From Cyanobacteria bacterium auto_48_18 (GTDB lineage Bacteria > Cyanobacteriota > Vampirovibrionia > Obscuribacterales > Obscuribacteraceae), in assembly GCA_036170915.1 (NCBI GenBank), contig JAVHQC010000029.1, positions 64,001-128,000 of the forward strand: a stretch of 64,000 nucleotides of DNA, in the 5' to 3' direction. This document shows, piece after piece, positions 38,906-49,425 of the stretch. The position numbers and the translations under genes were made by a program. The notes beneath the pieces are model-generated. The model was given only the letters and a program-made list of their open reading frames with translations, searched no databases and was not told the origin of the DNA. Positions within the stretch are counted from its first letter, which is position 1, and every line of letters begins with the position of its first letter.

Positions 38906-39709
38906 TTATTTTTTTGTCTGGTTTTTCGGCGAGCTCTTCGATGCTGAGTTTTCAATTTTTGTCAGCACAGCTCGGGCTTCTACGTTATCAGGATGCTTAT
39001 CAAGAATTTTGTTCAATTCAGCACTAGCCTCAGCACGTTGTCCTTTAGTATTTAAAGCCGACGCCAAACCAATGCGTGCATCATAATTTTCAGGTTCGAT
39101 TTCAAGGGCCTGGCTTTCTTCTTTAATCTGACCGTCAATATCACCAGAAAGTCCTAAAACCAGAGCCAATTTATGGTGATTCTTATCGTTGTGAGCATCG
39201 TACTTGCAAGCATTGCGATAAGCTTCGATGGCAGTCGGTAAATTACCAAGACCCAGAGCCGCTTCTGCCAGAGCACAATAGGCACGCGGCTCGGTTGAAT
39301 CAAGAGCGATGGCAGCCTTTGCTTCATTGAAGGCAGGCTCAAACATAGATTTTTTTGCCATCGCTTCAGAGAGCACATAGTGGGCAATGGCGTTCTTAGG
39401 ATCCACTTCTATAGCGGTTTTAAGAGTGGTAATGGCCTCGTCATATTTTCCCAGTTCGTTTTCAATCACTCCCAGATTATTCAAAGCAGTGGGACTTTTT
39501 GGTTCACTCAAAAGGGCTTCACGATATTCGTGCTCGGCTTTTTCATACTCACTCATCTTAAAATACTCATTGCCGCGAATGAGAAAAGATGAGGCTGTGG
39601 GCCGAATGTGCTGACAGCCTGGCAAAGAGATGAGAGCAAAAAGCAAAATTAAAGCAGCGGCATTTTTTTGTGCCCCACTTCTTTTTTTACTGCTTTTGGT
39701 CTCACTCAT
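38906..39709 (-). CDS. TPR repeat protein, probable lipoprotein
   Basis: LPGC lipobox-like; repeated TPRs (ALNNLGV, AHYVL). Confidence 0.85.
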   Translation of the reverse strand: MSETKSSKKRSGAQKNAAALILLFALISLPGCQHIRPTASSFLIRGNEYFKMSEYEKAEHEYREALLSEPKSPTALNNLGVIENELGKYDEAITTLKTAIEVDPKNAIAHYVLSEAMAKKSMFEPAFNEAKAAIALDSTEPRAYCALAEAALGLGNLPTAIEAYRNACKYDAHNDKNHHKLALVLGLSGDIDGQIKEESQALEIEPENYDARIGLASALNTKGQRAEASAELNKILDKHPDNVEARAVLTKIENSASKSSPKNQTKK

Positions 39710-39713
39710 ATTT

Positions 39714-41519
39714 TTACCGGAGAGTGTTGGCCACTTTTGCTTTAGGCGGCTCGTTCAAAACCGCCAGCTCTTTCAATTGCTCAGGTGAAGCCAATGACGG
39801 TGCTCCAGTCATAGGGCAAGCACCCGACTGTGTTTTTGGAAAAGCAATAACGTCACGAATTGATTTGCATCCGCAAAGCAACATGATCATGCGATCAAGA
39901 CCAAGAGCAATGCCACCATGGGGAGGGGCACCAGATTCAAGCGCTTCCAACAAGAAACCAAACTTTTCGCTGGCTGTTTCACTATCAAGTCCGATAGCGG
40001 CAAAGGCTCTGGACTGCAGTTCCTGGCTGTGTATACGAATAGACCCACCACCAATTTCGCAACCGTTATAAACGATATCGTAAGCTCGCGCTCTCGCTTT
40101 TTCTGGTGCACTTTCGAGGTTATCGAGATCTTCAAGGCGAGGAGAAGTAAACGGATGGTGCACAGCCATCAAGCGACCCTGTTCTTCATCATATTCGAAC
40201 AAAGGAAAATCAACGACCCAGAGCAAGCTGTGAATATTGGTGTCAATTAAATTAAGTTCTTCAGCCAGTTTCAAGCGGAAACGTCCCATGACGTTGGCGA
40301 CCGCTTTAGGAGCATCGGCCATCATCAAAACCAGATCACCGGCCTTGGCTGAGCAAAGTTCTTTGATCTTTTCAATTTCTTCTGCCGACAAATGTTTGTC
40401 CAAACCAGAAGATCTGTTGGAGTCTTTACCAAAGGCAATCCAGGCCAGACCTTTGCCGCCCACAGATTTTGTATATTCATTCCACAAATCTAATTGTTTG
40501 CGCGATGAGCTTTCAGCGCGACCTTCAAGCACAATGGCTTTCAGTTCACCACCGGCTTCCGCCACTTGCTTGAAGACTTTGAACTGGCAGTTTTTTGCCA
40601 CTTCGGTAAGATCTTTGAAAGCCAGATCAAAACGCAAATCGGGTTTGTCACTGCCATAGAGACCCATGGCATCGCTATAGCTTAAACGCTGGAAGGGTGG
40701 CTGAATGTCAATTCCTGCACATTTAAAAGCTTCAACCAGCAAGCCTTCAGTCACTCGCATGACTTCATCTTCATCGACAAAAGAAAATTCCATGTCGATT
40801 TGAGTAAATTCTGGTTGGCGGTCAGCGCGCAGATCTTCATCGCGGAAGCAGCGAGCAACTTGATAATATCTGTCAACGCCGCTAATCATCAGTGTTTGCT
40901 TAAACAATTGGGGAGATTGCGGCAGTGCGTACCAGTTGCCGGGATTCAAGCGACTGGGCACCAAAAAGTCACGAGCCCCTTCAGGAGTGGCTTTGCAAAG
41001 AATTGGAGTTTCGACTTCGATAAAGCCTTCATGATCAAGATATTTGCGAATGGCCTGGCTGACACGGTGGCGCATCACCAGATTGGAGTTCATTTCAGGG
41101 CGACGCAAATCTAGATAGCGATATTTCAAACGCAAAGCTTCATCGACCTTATCACCTTGATCTAGTTGAAAAGGCAGGGGCCGACAGGTGTTCAGAAGTT
41201 CGAACTGGTCAGGATAGATTTCAATCGCTCCGCTGCCGCTTTCAGATTTGGCTGTGCCTTCAGGTCGCTTTGCAACTTTTCCTTTGATTGCTATGACAAA
41301 TTCATTTTTCAGATCAACGAACTGATCGTGTATCGCTTTATTTTTATTCGGGTCTGCGATGAGCTGCACTTTGCCTGTGGAATCGCGCAGTTCAACGAAG
41401 ATTATTCCACCCAGATCACGCACCACATTGACCCAACCGGCCAGGCAGACATCTTGCCCTGCCAGGTCGGCGTTCAATTGCGCGCACTTGTGATCTCGCT
41501 TTAGTACCGAGCTAGCCAC
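39714..41519 (-). CDS. aspS: Aspartate--tRNA ligase
   Basis: RDLGG, RLKYRYLDLR, ALPQSPQLFKQ, CFRDEDLRADRQPEF and PPHGGIALGLDR. Confidence 0.98.
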   Translation of the reverse strand: MASSVLKRDHKCAQLNADLAGQDVCLAGWVNVVRDLGGIIFVELRDSTGKVQLIADPNKNKAIHDQFVDLKNEFVIAIKGKVAKRPEGTAKSESGSGAIEIYPDQFELLNTCRPLPFQLDQGDKVDEALRLKYRYLDLRRPEMNSNLVMRHRVSQAIRKYLDHEGFIEVETPILCKATPEGARDFLVPSRLNPGNWYALPQSPQLFKQTLMISGVDRYYQVARCFRDEDLRADRQPEFTQIDMEFSFVDEDEVMRVTEGLLVEAFKCAGIDIQPPFQRLSYSDAMGLYGSDKPDLRFDLAFKDLTEVAKNCQFKVFKQVAEAGGELKAIVLEGRAESSSRKQLDLWNEYTKSVGGKGLAWIAFGKDSNRSSGLDKHLSAEEIEKIKELCSAKAGDLVLMMADAPKAVANVMGRFRLKLAEELNLIDTNIHSLLWVVDFPLFEYDEEQGRLMAVHHPFTSPRLEDLDNLESAPEKARARAYDIVYNGCEIGGGSIRIHSQELQSRAFAAIGLDSETASEKFGFLLEALESGAPPHGGIALGLDRMIMLLCGCKSIRDVIAFPKTQSGACPMTGAPSLASPEQLKELAVLNEPPKAKVANTLR

Positions 41520-41736
41520 GATGAATCCCCCTGAACACCAATCTCTTTGAGACGTAACCGAACCGAATTAAGACGAAAAGCTCATTGTATCGGACTTTTG
41601 ACCGGTTAATGCGCAGATACGCCCTGCCTGTTACGAATCGGAAGAGTAGTCAAAATTGCAGAACGTTCTATACTAAAAGTAGTTTGTTAGATGTTTTTCT
41701 TTTTTCAATCCTGCTTTTAGTAAAGAGTCAAATTCA

Positions 41737-42282
41737 ATGAGTTTTCTATCTGAGCCAATTGTTCGCATTATCCTGGGTCTTTTGGTAATTGCTGTCGGCA
41801 TTTCCTTTATATGGAAAGGTTGGCTGGCCAGCGTACTTGGCCGCTTTACTTATTGGTCCGGCTTTTTGCCATTCACCATAATTTCGCCGTGGTTGGTGCA
41901 CCTTCCCCAGGGCAAACGCTCTTTGATTAAGACCAAAGAAGGCATGTTGGCTCACATGGTCATGGGTCCTTCCTTCTTCTTATGCGCTGTATTGTGCATT
42001 TGCGCCGGCGCTGACCTGGTGGGCTGGCCAGGCACGTACTATCTCAATCTGGTCATAAATGGCGGAGACACTTCCAAACCCACGTCCATTTCATTCAATG
42101 AACGTAATGGTAAATACGATTTTCCGCTGTTAAAAAGAGCCAGTGCCAAGTTCTACCACCAGGTCTTCGAGCATCGCGTTGACGAAACTCATGACTTGTT
42201 AGGTCGCAAAATCGACCAGATGCTTCCTGAGCAGACTACGACTATTGATGGCGCCAGAATTCAGAAGTCGCAAGGCAAGTAG
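41737..42282 (+). CDS. Hypothetical membrane protein
   Basis: Hydrophobic segments; followed by a terminator. Confidence 0.7.
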   Translation: MSFLSEPIVRIILGLLVIAVGISFIWKGWLASVLGRFTYWSGFLPFTIISPWLVHLPQGKRSLIKTKEGMLAHMVMGPSFFLCAVLCICAGADLVGWPGTYYLNLVINGGDTSKPTSISFNERNGKYDFPLLKRASAKFYHQVFEHRVDETHDLLGRKIDQMLPEQTTTIDGARIQKSQGK

Positions 42283-42303
42283 ATTCAATCTGTATTTAGT
42301 CTT

Positions 42304-42330
42304 AAAAAGCCCGGTTAGCCGGGCTTTTTT
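42304..42330 (+). terminator. Rho-independent terminator
   Basis: aaaaagcccgg-ttag-ccgggcttttt. Confidence 0.85.
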
Positions 42331-42506
42331 CTTACAATTTTGTTGAGACGGCCGCCGCTCGAGCCAACCTTACGCTCTATTTAGTTAAGTAGTGTCGCAG
42401 GAAGCCCACCAACGCTTGAAGACGCTGCGATGCAATGCTAGGATGTGCCTTCGGATATCTTTTGTATAACTAGTTATTTCGCAGAAAAGAATTGGGGTGA
42501 ATTCGT

Positions 42507-42680
42507 TTGTCAGAGGTCAGAGTAGCCGAGGGCGAGAGCATTGAAGGCGCATTGAAGCGCTTCAAGAAGAAGATCCAGAAAGCTGGAATCTTGTCGGAAA
42601 TCAAACGCCGCGAGCGTTATGAGAAGCCCAGCGTGAAAAGAAAGCGCAAAGCTGAAGCAGCTAGAAAGCGCCGCTCCTAG
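42507..42680 (+). CDS. rpsU: 30S ribosomal protein S21 (not in ORF track)
   Basis: TTG start after [64 protein letters not shown]. Confidence 0.97.
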   Translation: MSEVRVAEGESIEGALKRFKKKIQKAGILSEIKRRERYEKPSVKRKRKAEAARKRRS

Positions 42681-42703
42681 TAATTCACCGTTCAAAAAGC
42701 CAT

Positions 42704-42736
42704 AAAGCCCCGCCTTCATTAGAATGCGGGGCTTTT
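42704..42736 (+). terminator. Rho-independent terminator after rpsU
   Basis: aaagccccgc...gcggggctttt. Confidence 0.8.
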
Positions 42737-42777
42737 GCCTGTTTTATATCGTGGCTCGATTTGTTGTGAATTGATCA

Positions 42778-42795
42778 TCAACCGTTAACGGTTGA
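42778..42795. promoter_or_regulatory. Perfect 18-bp palindrome, candidate operator
   Basis: tcaaccgttaacggttga in an intergenic region. Confidence 0.45.
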
Positions 42796-43026
42796 GTGAT
42801 CTTTCAAGTGCTCAAGCCGCAATTCGAAAAAAACAGCTATTGCCAAAAACCGTTACCCTGTAAAGGTTTTCAGCATTTCCCCGCCGCTCAGCAATCGATT
42901 TAACCGCTTGACTTCCCACCTCTGCCGATGAAGTTAAATCAGCCCGGGCATAAAAATTGAAGCAAGGTAATTAGTTACCGGCAAAACAAATGGCAGAGCA
43001 AACTTAAACAGTTGGGAGAGTTGGAC

Positions 43027-43281
43027 ATGGGAAGCAGCAAAGATGACAAGCCTAAAGAGCTCGTTTCAGTAAGCACTGACGCTCTCAAAGACCAGCTTAA
43101 TCGAGCCTATCAGGGCAGGCGCGGTCAGAGTAAACTCAATGCTGACGGGCTCAATCCAGGCCTTTTTGATTACCTCTGGGATCTCAAAGAAAAGGCCTTA
43201 ATGGAACGCCGCTCCTCCGTAGAGGTACCTGGCAATTGGCTGGAAGAACTGCAAGACGACGCTCCTCGCCGTTCCTCCTAG
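43027..43281 (+). CDS. Small hypothetical protein
   Basis: GGGAG upstream of ATG 43027. Confidence 0.6.
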   Translation: MGSSKDDKPKELVSVSTDALKDQLNRAYQGRRGQSKLNADGLNPGLFDYLWDLKEKALMERRSSVEVPGNWLEELQDDAPRRSS

Positions 43282-43898
43282 TATTTTTAAGTCTATTAGG
43301 TAGCGCTCAGGCGAACGCCCAAATTCTGCATCAGGCTGTGCCTGGATCTGCGCGAGAAATGAAGCAGCGACTGCTCGTTCGCGACCTGGTTTTGCTTCAA
43401 GGCATTGTCGCTCGAGCCAATCAAAAGCTCGCCGGTCACGTTGTTGTAATAGCCGACCGCCTGTCTCAAATACTTACTTACGAACAGTCCTTGAGCGGAA
43501 GCGACCTCAACCAAGATGAGCTTCTGTGCAGGCGGCTTGAGGCCTCAGCAGGGCCAAATCCGTTTGACCAGGAAGAGCAGCTCAAAGCCGAAATCAACCG
43601 CGTGCGCTCGGTTTTACAGGCTGATAGCGCTTCAAAGCGAGCAGGTCCGCTCACCGCCGGCGAAAAACCGACGCCTACTCCTGGGCGCATCTTCTTTCGC
43701 CGCTCGACCTTTATTAATCCGTCAGAACCTTGGCGTACCATCGATACACTGCCGCCGGAAGACCAGGCGCGCTGGCCAGGCACAATCAATATATTGATTG
43801 ACAGCTCCGGCGCTTATGTAGTATTTGCAACAAGCCTGGAAATGAGCACACTGAGAAGCAAGGACCAAATTGTCTTCAAACGCGGTCAGCTCAAATAA
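43236..43898 (+). CDS. Hypothetical exported protein
   Basis: Signal-like N-terminus (AQANA). Confidence 0.6.
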   Translation: MAGRTARRRSSPFLLVFLSLLGSAQANAQILHQAVPGSAREMKQRLLVRDLVLLQGIVARANQKLAGHVVVIADRLSQILTYEQSLSGSDLNQDELLCRRLEASAGPNPFDQEEQLKAEINRVRSVLQADSASKRAGPLTAGEKPTPTPGRIFFRRSTFINPSEPWRTIDTLPPEDQARWPGTINILIDSSGAYVVFATSLEMSTLRSKDQIVFKRGQLK

Positions 43899-44036
43899 AA
43901 ACGTCGCAGTTAAAAACTCAACCTGAATTAAGTTCGGTGCAGCACCCAGGGAGAAACTAGGTTTATCCCCAGGTGATAAAGTGGCGCTATTCGCTAGCCT
44001 TATAACAGCAAAACAAATTTCTGCTGGAGAAAGAAT

Positions 44037-46706
44037 ATGCAATCAAATCATCTCACAAGGCTACTTGTGGGCGGGACGACTCTTGCCCTTCTGAATGCCG
44101 CACTATCCATATCAGTATTGGCGTCACCAGCTTCAGCCAGGCAACTCGTAGCTGTCAGCGGTAAAAAAGCTGAGCGCACCAGTGAGCAAACACAAAAACA
44201 AAAGCAAAAAGAAAATGCAGGTACGCTTCTGGCCATGAGCAGTAGCGGCAAACCGCTGGGCCATTGCCCCCTTAAGCATACTGATGTGCAGACTGAAATC
44301 TCTGGCTACATCGCTCGAGTAACAGTAAAGCAAGTATTTCAAAACCCTTTTAAAGACAAAATCGAAGCCAATTACACTTTCCCGCTTTCAGACAACGGCG
44401 CCGTTGATGAAATGCTAATGAAGGTAGGAAGCCGAGTCATCAAAGGCCAAATCAAAAAGCGTGAAGAAGCCAGACAAATATATGAACAAGCTAAAGCTAA
44501 CGGCTATGTGGCTTCACTACTCGATCAGGAACGCACAAATATTTTCACCCAATCAGTAGCAAATATTGAACCGGGTAAAGAAATTGAAATCACAATCAAA
44601 TATATAGAAACCTTGCCCTATGAAGCAGGCAAATTCTCATTCACATTCCCGACAGTGGTAGGGCAACGCTTTATACCCGGAGAGCCTGTAGGCAAGAGCG
44701 GCAACGGCTCAGCCAACGATACCAACCAGGTGCCTGACGCATCCCTGATTACACCAAATGTAGTGGCAGAAGGTCAGCGTGCCGGCCATGACATTTCGAT
44801 AAACGTGCATCTTGATGCCGGCATGCCGGTGTCGCAAATCTCATCTAAGCTGCACGAAGTTCAAGTGCATGATCGAGGTAGCGGCAAAGCAGATATCAGC
44901 CTGGCAGACCGCTCGACTATTCCCAATAAAGACTTTGTGCTCTCATGGAATGTGGCCGAAGATAAAATCAAAAGCGGCTATGTAGCTTATCGCGACCCCT
45001 CAGCAAAAGACGGAGCGGGATATTTTACGGTGATGTTGATTCCACCCAAAAGAGTAACACCCGACAAAATCGCGCCAAAAGAAATGATCTTCGTCATTGA
45101 TTGTTCTGGCTCACAAAGCGGCGCTCCATTAGACAAATGCAAACAAACCATGCGTTACATTCTCAATCATATGAATGCCAACGACACATTCCAGATCATT
45201 GCTTTCAACAGCACTCAGCAAACATTTGCCGCCAAACCACAACCGGTCAGCGAAGAAATGAAAAGCAAGGCCCGTCAGTTCATCGATGCACTTCAAGCTA
45301 ATGGTGGCACCTGGATGGCCCCAGCAGTGGAAAAAGCCTGCGCTATTCCAGCTGATGCTAACCGCCTTCGCATCGTCACTTTCATGACCGACGGCTATGT
45401 GGGCAACGACTACGAAGTGATGGGTATGGTGAAAAAGCTGCGCGGAAAATCACGCTGGTTTTCATTTGGCACCGGCAATAGTGTCAATCACACCTTAATT
45501 GATGGTATCGCCCACGAAGGCGGCGGAGAGGCCGAGTATGTATTCTTAAACAGCTCAGCTGATGAAGCCGGCAAGAAATTCTATGACCGTATCTCTAGCC
45601 CTGTGCTCACCGATGTGCAGTTACAGGTAAACGGCACCACCACTAAAGAAGTCTATCCCAAAGAAGTTGCTGACGTCTGGGCCGAAAAACCACTCTACTT
45701 CAAAGGAAAATATTTAAAAGGCGGGCCTGGCACAATTGTCTTAAAAGGATTTGCAGCAGGCAAACCTTACGAACAACAATTGAAAGTGCAATTTCCTGAA
45801 TCTGACACCAAAAATCGCGGTATTGCCTCCATGTGGGCGAGAGCGAAAGTGGACAGACTGATGTCTGAAGACTGGTTTGGAGCACAGTCAGGACAAGCCA
45901 ACAAAGAAATCAAAGACGAAATTACGAACGTCGCCCTCGAACATCACATCATGAGCCAATACACCTCTTTTGTCGCTGTGGACGAATCGGCAGTAACCAA
46001 AGGGCAATCAAGTAAAACAGTCAATGTAGAAGTGGAAATGCCCGATGGTGTCAGTCGAGAAGGAGTGTTCGGCAATAATAAAGGTTTCGCCACTGGCATG
46101 ATGCAATCGCGAATGAACAATTTCAATTTGGCAGTGCGCCGCAGTGCCCCTCAAGGGTCATTCGCCTCAGTGAACACCCGTGGCTTCGGTGGTGGTGCTG
46201 GCAGTGGTGGTAGTGTCGCTGGTGGATCACCAGTAGCGATGAGGCAAAAACTCAGTTACGCAAGTAGCCAGCCCATGCCTGCACCTGCACCAAATGCGAT
46301 GCCAGTGCCCCAGTCAGAAGCCAAAGCAGCTTCAAGTGCGCATGGCCGAGAAGAACTGGCTGACAGACAGCGCCCTGACCGCATTTCTGCTGATAAAAAA
46401 CTAGAGGAAAAAGCCGACAGAGAAAGCGACAAAGCGAAAGAAAAAGATGTGAGCAAACTATCAGCCTCACTTACCGCTAAAGTCAACCAAGAGAGCGCCA
46501 ATCACAAAAATCCGCGCCTACTGATAGAACTGACTTTGAAAAACATCAGCGCCGAAATCGAAAAAGCCTTAAAAGCACTTGGCGTAGAAATCATTTCAAA
46601 AAAAGACGGCAAAACGGTCAAGGCCTATGTCAAACTCGACAAACTGCAGGCCTTAGCCAAACTAGATTTCGTTTTGCAAATCGACCTTGCTTCGGACCGC
46701 AAGTAG
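44037..46706 (+). CDS. Exported VIT + vWA domain protein
   Basis: VIT pattern (VKQVFQNP, YTFPL, NIFTQSVANI); MIDAS DCSGS, TDG; YTSFVAVD. Confidence 0.9.
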   Translation: MQSNHLTRLLVGGTTLALLNAALSISVLASPASARQLVAVSGKKAERTSEQTQKQKQKENAGTLLAMSSSGKPLGHCPLKHTDVQTEISGYIARVTVKQVFQNPFKDKIEANYTFPLSDNGAVDEMLMKVGSRVIKGQIKKREEARQIYEQAKANGYVASLLDQERTNIFTQSVANIEPGKEIEITIKYIETLPYEAGKFSFTFPTVVGQRFIPGEPVGKSGNGSANDTNQVPDASLITPNVVAEGQRAGHDISINVHLDAGMPVSQISSKLHEVQVHDRGSGKADISLADRSTIPNKDFVLSWNVAEDKIKSGYVAYRDPSAKDGAGYFTVMLIPPKRVTPDKIAPKEMIFVIDCSGSQSGAPLDKCKQTMRYILNHMNANDTFQIIAFNSTQQTFAAKPQPVSEEMKSKARQFIDALQANGGTWMAPAVEKACAIPADANRLRIVTFMTDGYVGNDYEVMGMVKKLRGKSRWFSFGTGNSVNHTLIDGIAHEGGGEAEYVFLNSSADEAGKKFYDRISSPVLTDVQLQVNGTTTKEVYPKEVADVWAEKPLYFKGKYLKGGPGTIVLKGFAAGKPYEQQLKVQFPESDTKNRGIASMWARAKVDRLMSEDWFGAQSGQANKEIKDEITNVALEHHIMSQYTSFVAVDESAVTKGQSSKTVNVEVEMPDGVSREGVFGNNKGFATGMMQSRMNNFNLAVRRSAPQGSFASVNTRGFGGGAGSGGSVAGGSPVAMRQKLSYASSQPMPAPAPNAMPVPQSEAKAASSAHGREELADRQRPDRISADKKLEEKADRESDKAKEKDVSKLSASLTAKVNQESANHKNPRLLIELTLKNISAEIEKALKALGVEIISKKDGKTVKAYVKLDKLQALAKLDFVLQIDLASDRK

Positions 46707-46726
46707 ATTTGTATACGGAAAAACGA

Positions 46727-46760
46727 GAAGGTCGCCTGCGAGGGCGGCCTTTTCTTTTTC
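46727..46760 (+). terminator. Rho-independent terminator
   Basis: gaaggtcgcc...ggcggccttttcttttt. Confidence 0.7.
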
Positions 46761-46840
46761 TTCACCTGACGGCAGAAATATCAGGTGATTAGGCTATGCT
46801 TGGGGGGCCAAGAAAGTGTGCACCAGGAATCTTCATTTGC

Positions 46841-48109
46841 ATGAGCGACGATCAATCACCTTACGCCGTACTTCAGATACCAGATTACAGGCTTTTGCTG
46901 ATCAGCCGGCTGATGGTAACAGTGGCGGTGCAGGTGCAAGGCATCGCCGTGGGTTGGCAAATTTATGCAATAACCAATAACGCACTATTTCTTGGCCTGG
47001 CGGGCCTGGCCGAAGCTCTACCGGCAATTGGCGTGGCACTTTATGCCGGGCACATCGCCGATATCGTCGACCGTCGCAAAATAGTACTTTTCTCAGTAGC
47101 TACTTTAGTTGCCAGCATGGCTATCATCACCGCTTGCTCGTTCAGCAGTGCGAACAATTCCACTTTGCTCACCTGTCTATTTGTTGTCATCGCCCTCTCT
47201 GGTGTTGCTCGTGGATTCTATGGCCCGGCCATCTTCGGCATCGTTTCAGACATCGTGCCCCGGCCGCTGCTCGGTAATGCAGCGGCATGGAACAGCACAG
47301 CCTGGCAAGCCTCAGCTGTGGCCGGCCCCATTCTCGGTGGCATACTTTACTCGCATGTGCATGCAGCCAACACTTATTTATTTTCCACATTATTACTGGT
47401 GGCTGCATTTATCAGTTTTTGCCAGGTCAAGTCGCGCACTGTGCTGATTAAAAGTAAATACGAAAGCGTCTTTGACAATATAAAAGAAGGTCTTGTCTTT
47501 GTCTTCTCTAACCAGATTGTTTTAGGAGCAATGGCTTTAGACCTTTTCGCCGTGCTCTTTGGCGGTGCCGTGGCATTGTTGCCAATTTTTGCTAAAGAAG
47601 TTTTTCACTGCGGGCCGGAAGTTTTGGGCGTGTTGCGAGCGGCCCCATCAATCGGTTCGGTGATTACGGCCGTGATACTCACACACAAACCAATTACTCA
47701 CAATTCAGGCAAAATCTTTATGGCGTCTGCCGCAGGATTCGGACTGTGTATGATTGCCTTTGGCCTTTCCACCAATCTTTATCTTTCGGTAGCGCTCCTG
47801 GCCGTAAGCGGCGCCCTTGACGGCATAAGCGTTTGGGTGAGAAGCACAATTTTCCAACTAGTCACTCCCAATGAAATGAAAGGACGAGTCTCGGCGGTGA
47901 ACAATATGTTCATCGGCTCTTCCAACGAAATTGGTGAATTCGAATCTGGAGTAACGGCTAAGTATATGGGCCTTGTACCCTCTGTTGTTTTCGGCGGAAT
48001 TATGACACTGCTGGTAGTGGCCGTCACCAGCGTGCGCGCTCCTAAATTGCGCCGGCTGCATGTGCATGACCTGTACAAAGAACAGAGCGTTAGAATGGCT
48101 CCGCATTAA
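46841..48109 (+). CDS. MFS transporter (EntS/H+ antiporter-like)
   Basis: GHIADIVDRRK, LDLFAVLFGGA and GRVSAVN...SNEIGEFESG. Confidence 0.9.
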   Translation: MSDDQSPYAVLQIPDYRLLLISRLMVTVAVQVQGIAVGWQIYAITNNALFLGLAGLAEALPAIGVALYAGHIADIVDRRKIVLFSVATLVASMAIITACSFSSANNSTLLTCLFVVIALSGVARGFYGPAIFGIVSDIVPRPLLGNAAAWNSTAWQASAVAGPILGGILYSHVHAANTYLFSTLLLVAAFISFCQVKSRTVLIKSKYESVFDNIKEGLVFVFSNQIVLGAMALDLFAVLFGGAVALLPIFAKEVFHCGPEVLGVLRAAPSIGSVITAVILTHKPITHNSGKIFMASAAGFGLCMIAFGLSTNLYLSVALLAVSGALDGISVWVRSTIFQLVTPNEMKGRVSAVNNMFIGSSNEIGEFESGVTAKYMGLVPSVVFGGIMTLLVVAVTSVRAPKLRRLHVHDLYKEQSVRMAPH

Positions 48110-49424
48110 GTTTTTTGATTTCGCTGGCGCGCATGAAGTAGTAAACAAGGGCGGCACAAATCCATGCTTCCACTGAACAAATGCCTACACACCATGACTC
48201 TAAACCTGGTATCACTCCAGAGGTGGCAATGCCGACAAAAATGCCTAAATGGGCGGCAATTATGGCTGGCCATCTGACCACTGCCAACTTGTCCATGGGC
48301 ACCACTTGGGTGCTATCACCGGCCAATTTGAATTGTCTTTTTATGACAAACTCTTCAATAATCATGATTACAGTCATGGTGGGAATAATGACGCAATTGA
48401 GCGATGCAATAGACTGCAGCGACTGACTGGACCCAGCCTGGGCCAGCCAGGCGGCAAAGGCAGACGAGATTCCGGCCAGGCAAACCACAGCCAACTTGTG
48501 AGGAATTTTCTTCAAATTTTCAATGGCATTGATCATGCCATACATGTTCGAATCATTTGCCGCACAATAGCTGGCAATCAAAACCAGGGCAGCGAAAATT
48601 GCCACTCCACCAAAAGAGTAGACATTCATAAAATTGGTAGCCTCAATATAATCGCTGATGCCGGACAACCTTGCAACCATCCAACCAGTGGTGGGAAAAA
48701 CAACTTCGCCCACCAGCAAAGCAATAAATAGTGAGGCCGTCAGGTGCTTCTTGTTGGGTTTGCTGTAACGCCAGTAATCAGCCTCATTACCCCAGACAGC
48801 AAAACCAATGACGAAACTAGAACAAATGGTCAGGGCAGAGGTGAATGAGATTGATGAAGGAGCAGACCAGACTTGTGGCGAAACTGACGGCACCACTTTA
48901 AAAAAAGTGTAGCCTACCCATAGCACCAAAAGCGGTGCAGCAAAATACCGGGCAAAGTTGGCCACGCCCTTGAAACCGAAAAAATTATTGACGGCCATAG
49001 CCATAGATAACAAAGCCGAGAACATGGGTACAGGCAGCATCACGTGAAAGAGACCTTTCAATGCGTCAGCCAATAACACCGCATCGAGCGCGTACCAGGC
49101 CGACATTAACCAGATGGCGTGAAATGACACCAGCCATGTGCCGTAACGGCCGAAGACCTGACGCGTCAAGAGTGTATAGGTAAGGCCGCTGCGCACTCCT
49201 AACCAGGCTGCCGGCACCGAATAAATTAGTAAGAGCAAACAACTAAGCAGCGAACATATCACCACTTGAAATAATGTTAGACCTTGTTTGTACCACTGAA
49301 AACCAATAAGAACTGTGGGAAAACCGGTGACCATGGATATCCACAAAAGCGTCATAGTGAGCGGCCCTCGCCTCTCACCAAGCGGCACCGACTGATGGGT
49401 ATAGCCGCTGCTTACATCGCTCAA
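48090..49424 (-). CDS. NCS1 family (cytosine permease-like) transporter
   Basis: VPLGERR, GLTYTLLTRQVFG and ADYWRY; about 12 TM segments. Confidence 0.82.
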   Translation of the reverse strand: MSDVSSGYTHQSVPLGERRGPLTMTLLWISMVTGFPTVLIGFQWYKQGLTLFQVVICSLLSCLLLLIYSVPAAWLGVRSGLTYTLLTRQVFGRYGTWLVSFHAIWLMSAWYALDAVLLADALKGLFHVMLPVPMFSALLSMAMAVNNFFGFKGVANFARYFAAPLLVLWVGYTFFKVVPSVSPQVWSAPSSISFTSALTICSSFVIGFAVWGNEADYWRYSKPNKKHLTASLFIALLVGEVVFPTTGWMVARLSGISDYIEATNFMNVYSFGGVAIFAALVLIASYCAANDSNMYGMINAIENLKKIPHKLAVVCLAGISSAFAAWLAQAGSSQSLQSIASLNCVIIPTMTVIMIIEEFVIKRQFKLAGDSTQVVPMDKLAVVRWPAIIAAHLGIFVGIATSGVIPGLESWCVGICSVEAWICAALVYYFMRASEIKKLNAEPF

Positions 49425-49425
49425 C

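Noticed and set aside
42510..42719. 69-aa minus-strand ORF
   Set aside because: Antisense shadow of rpsU and its terminator
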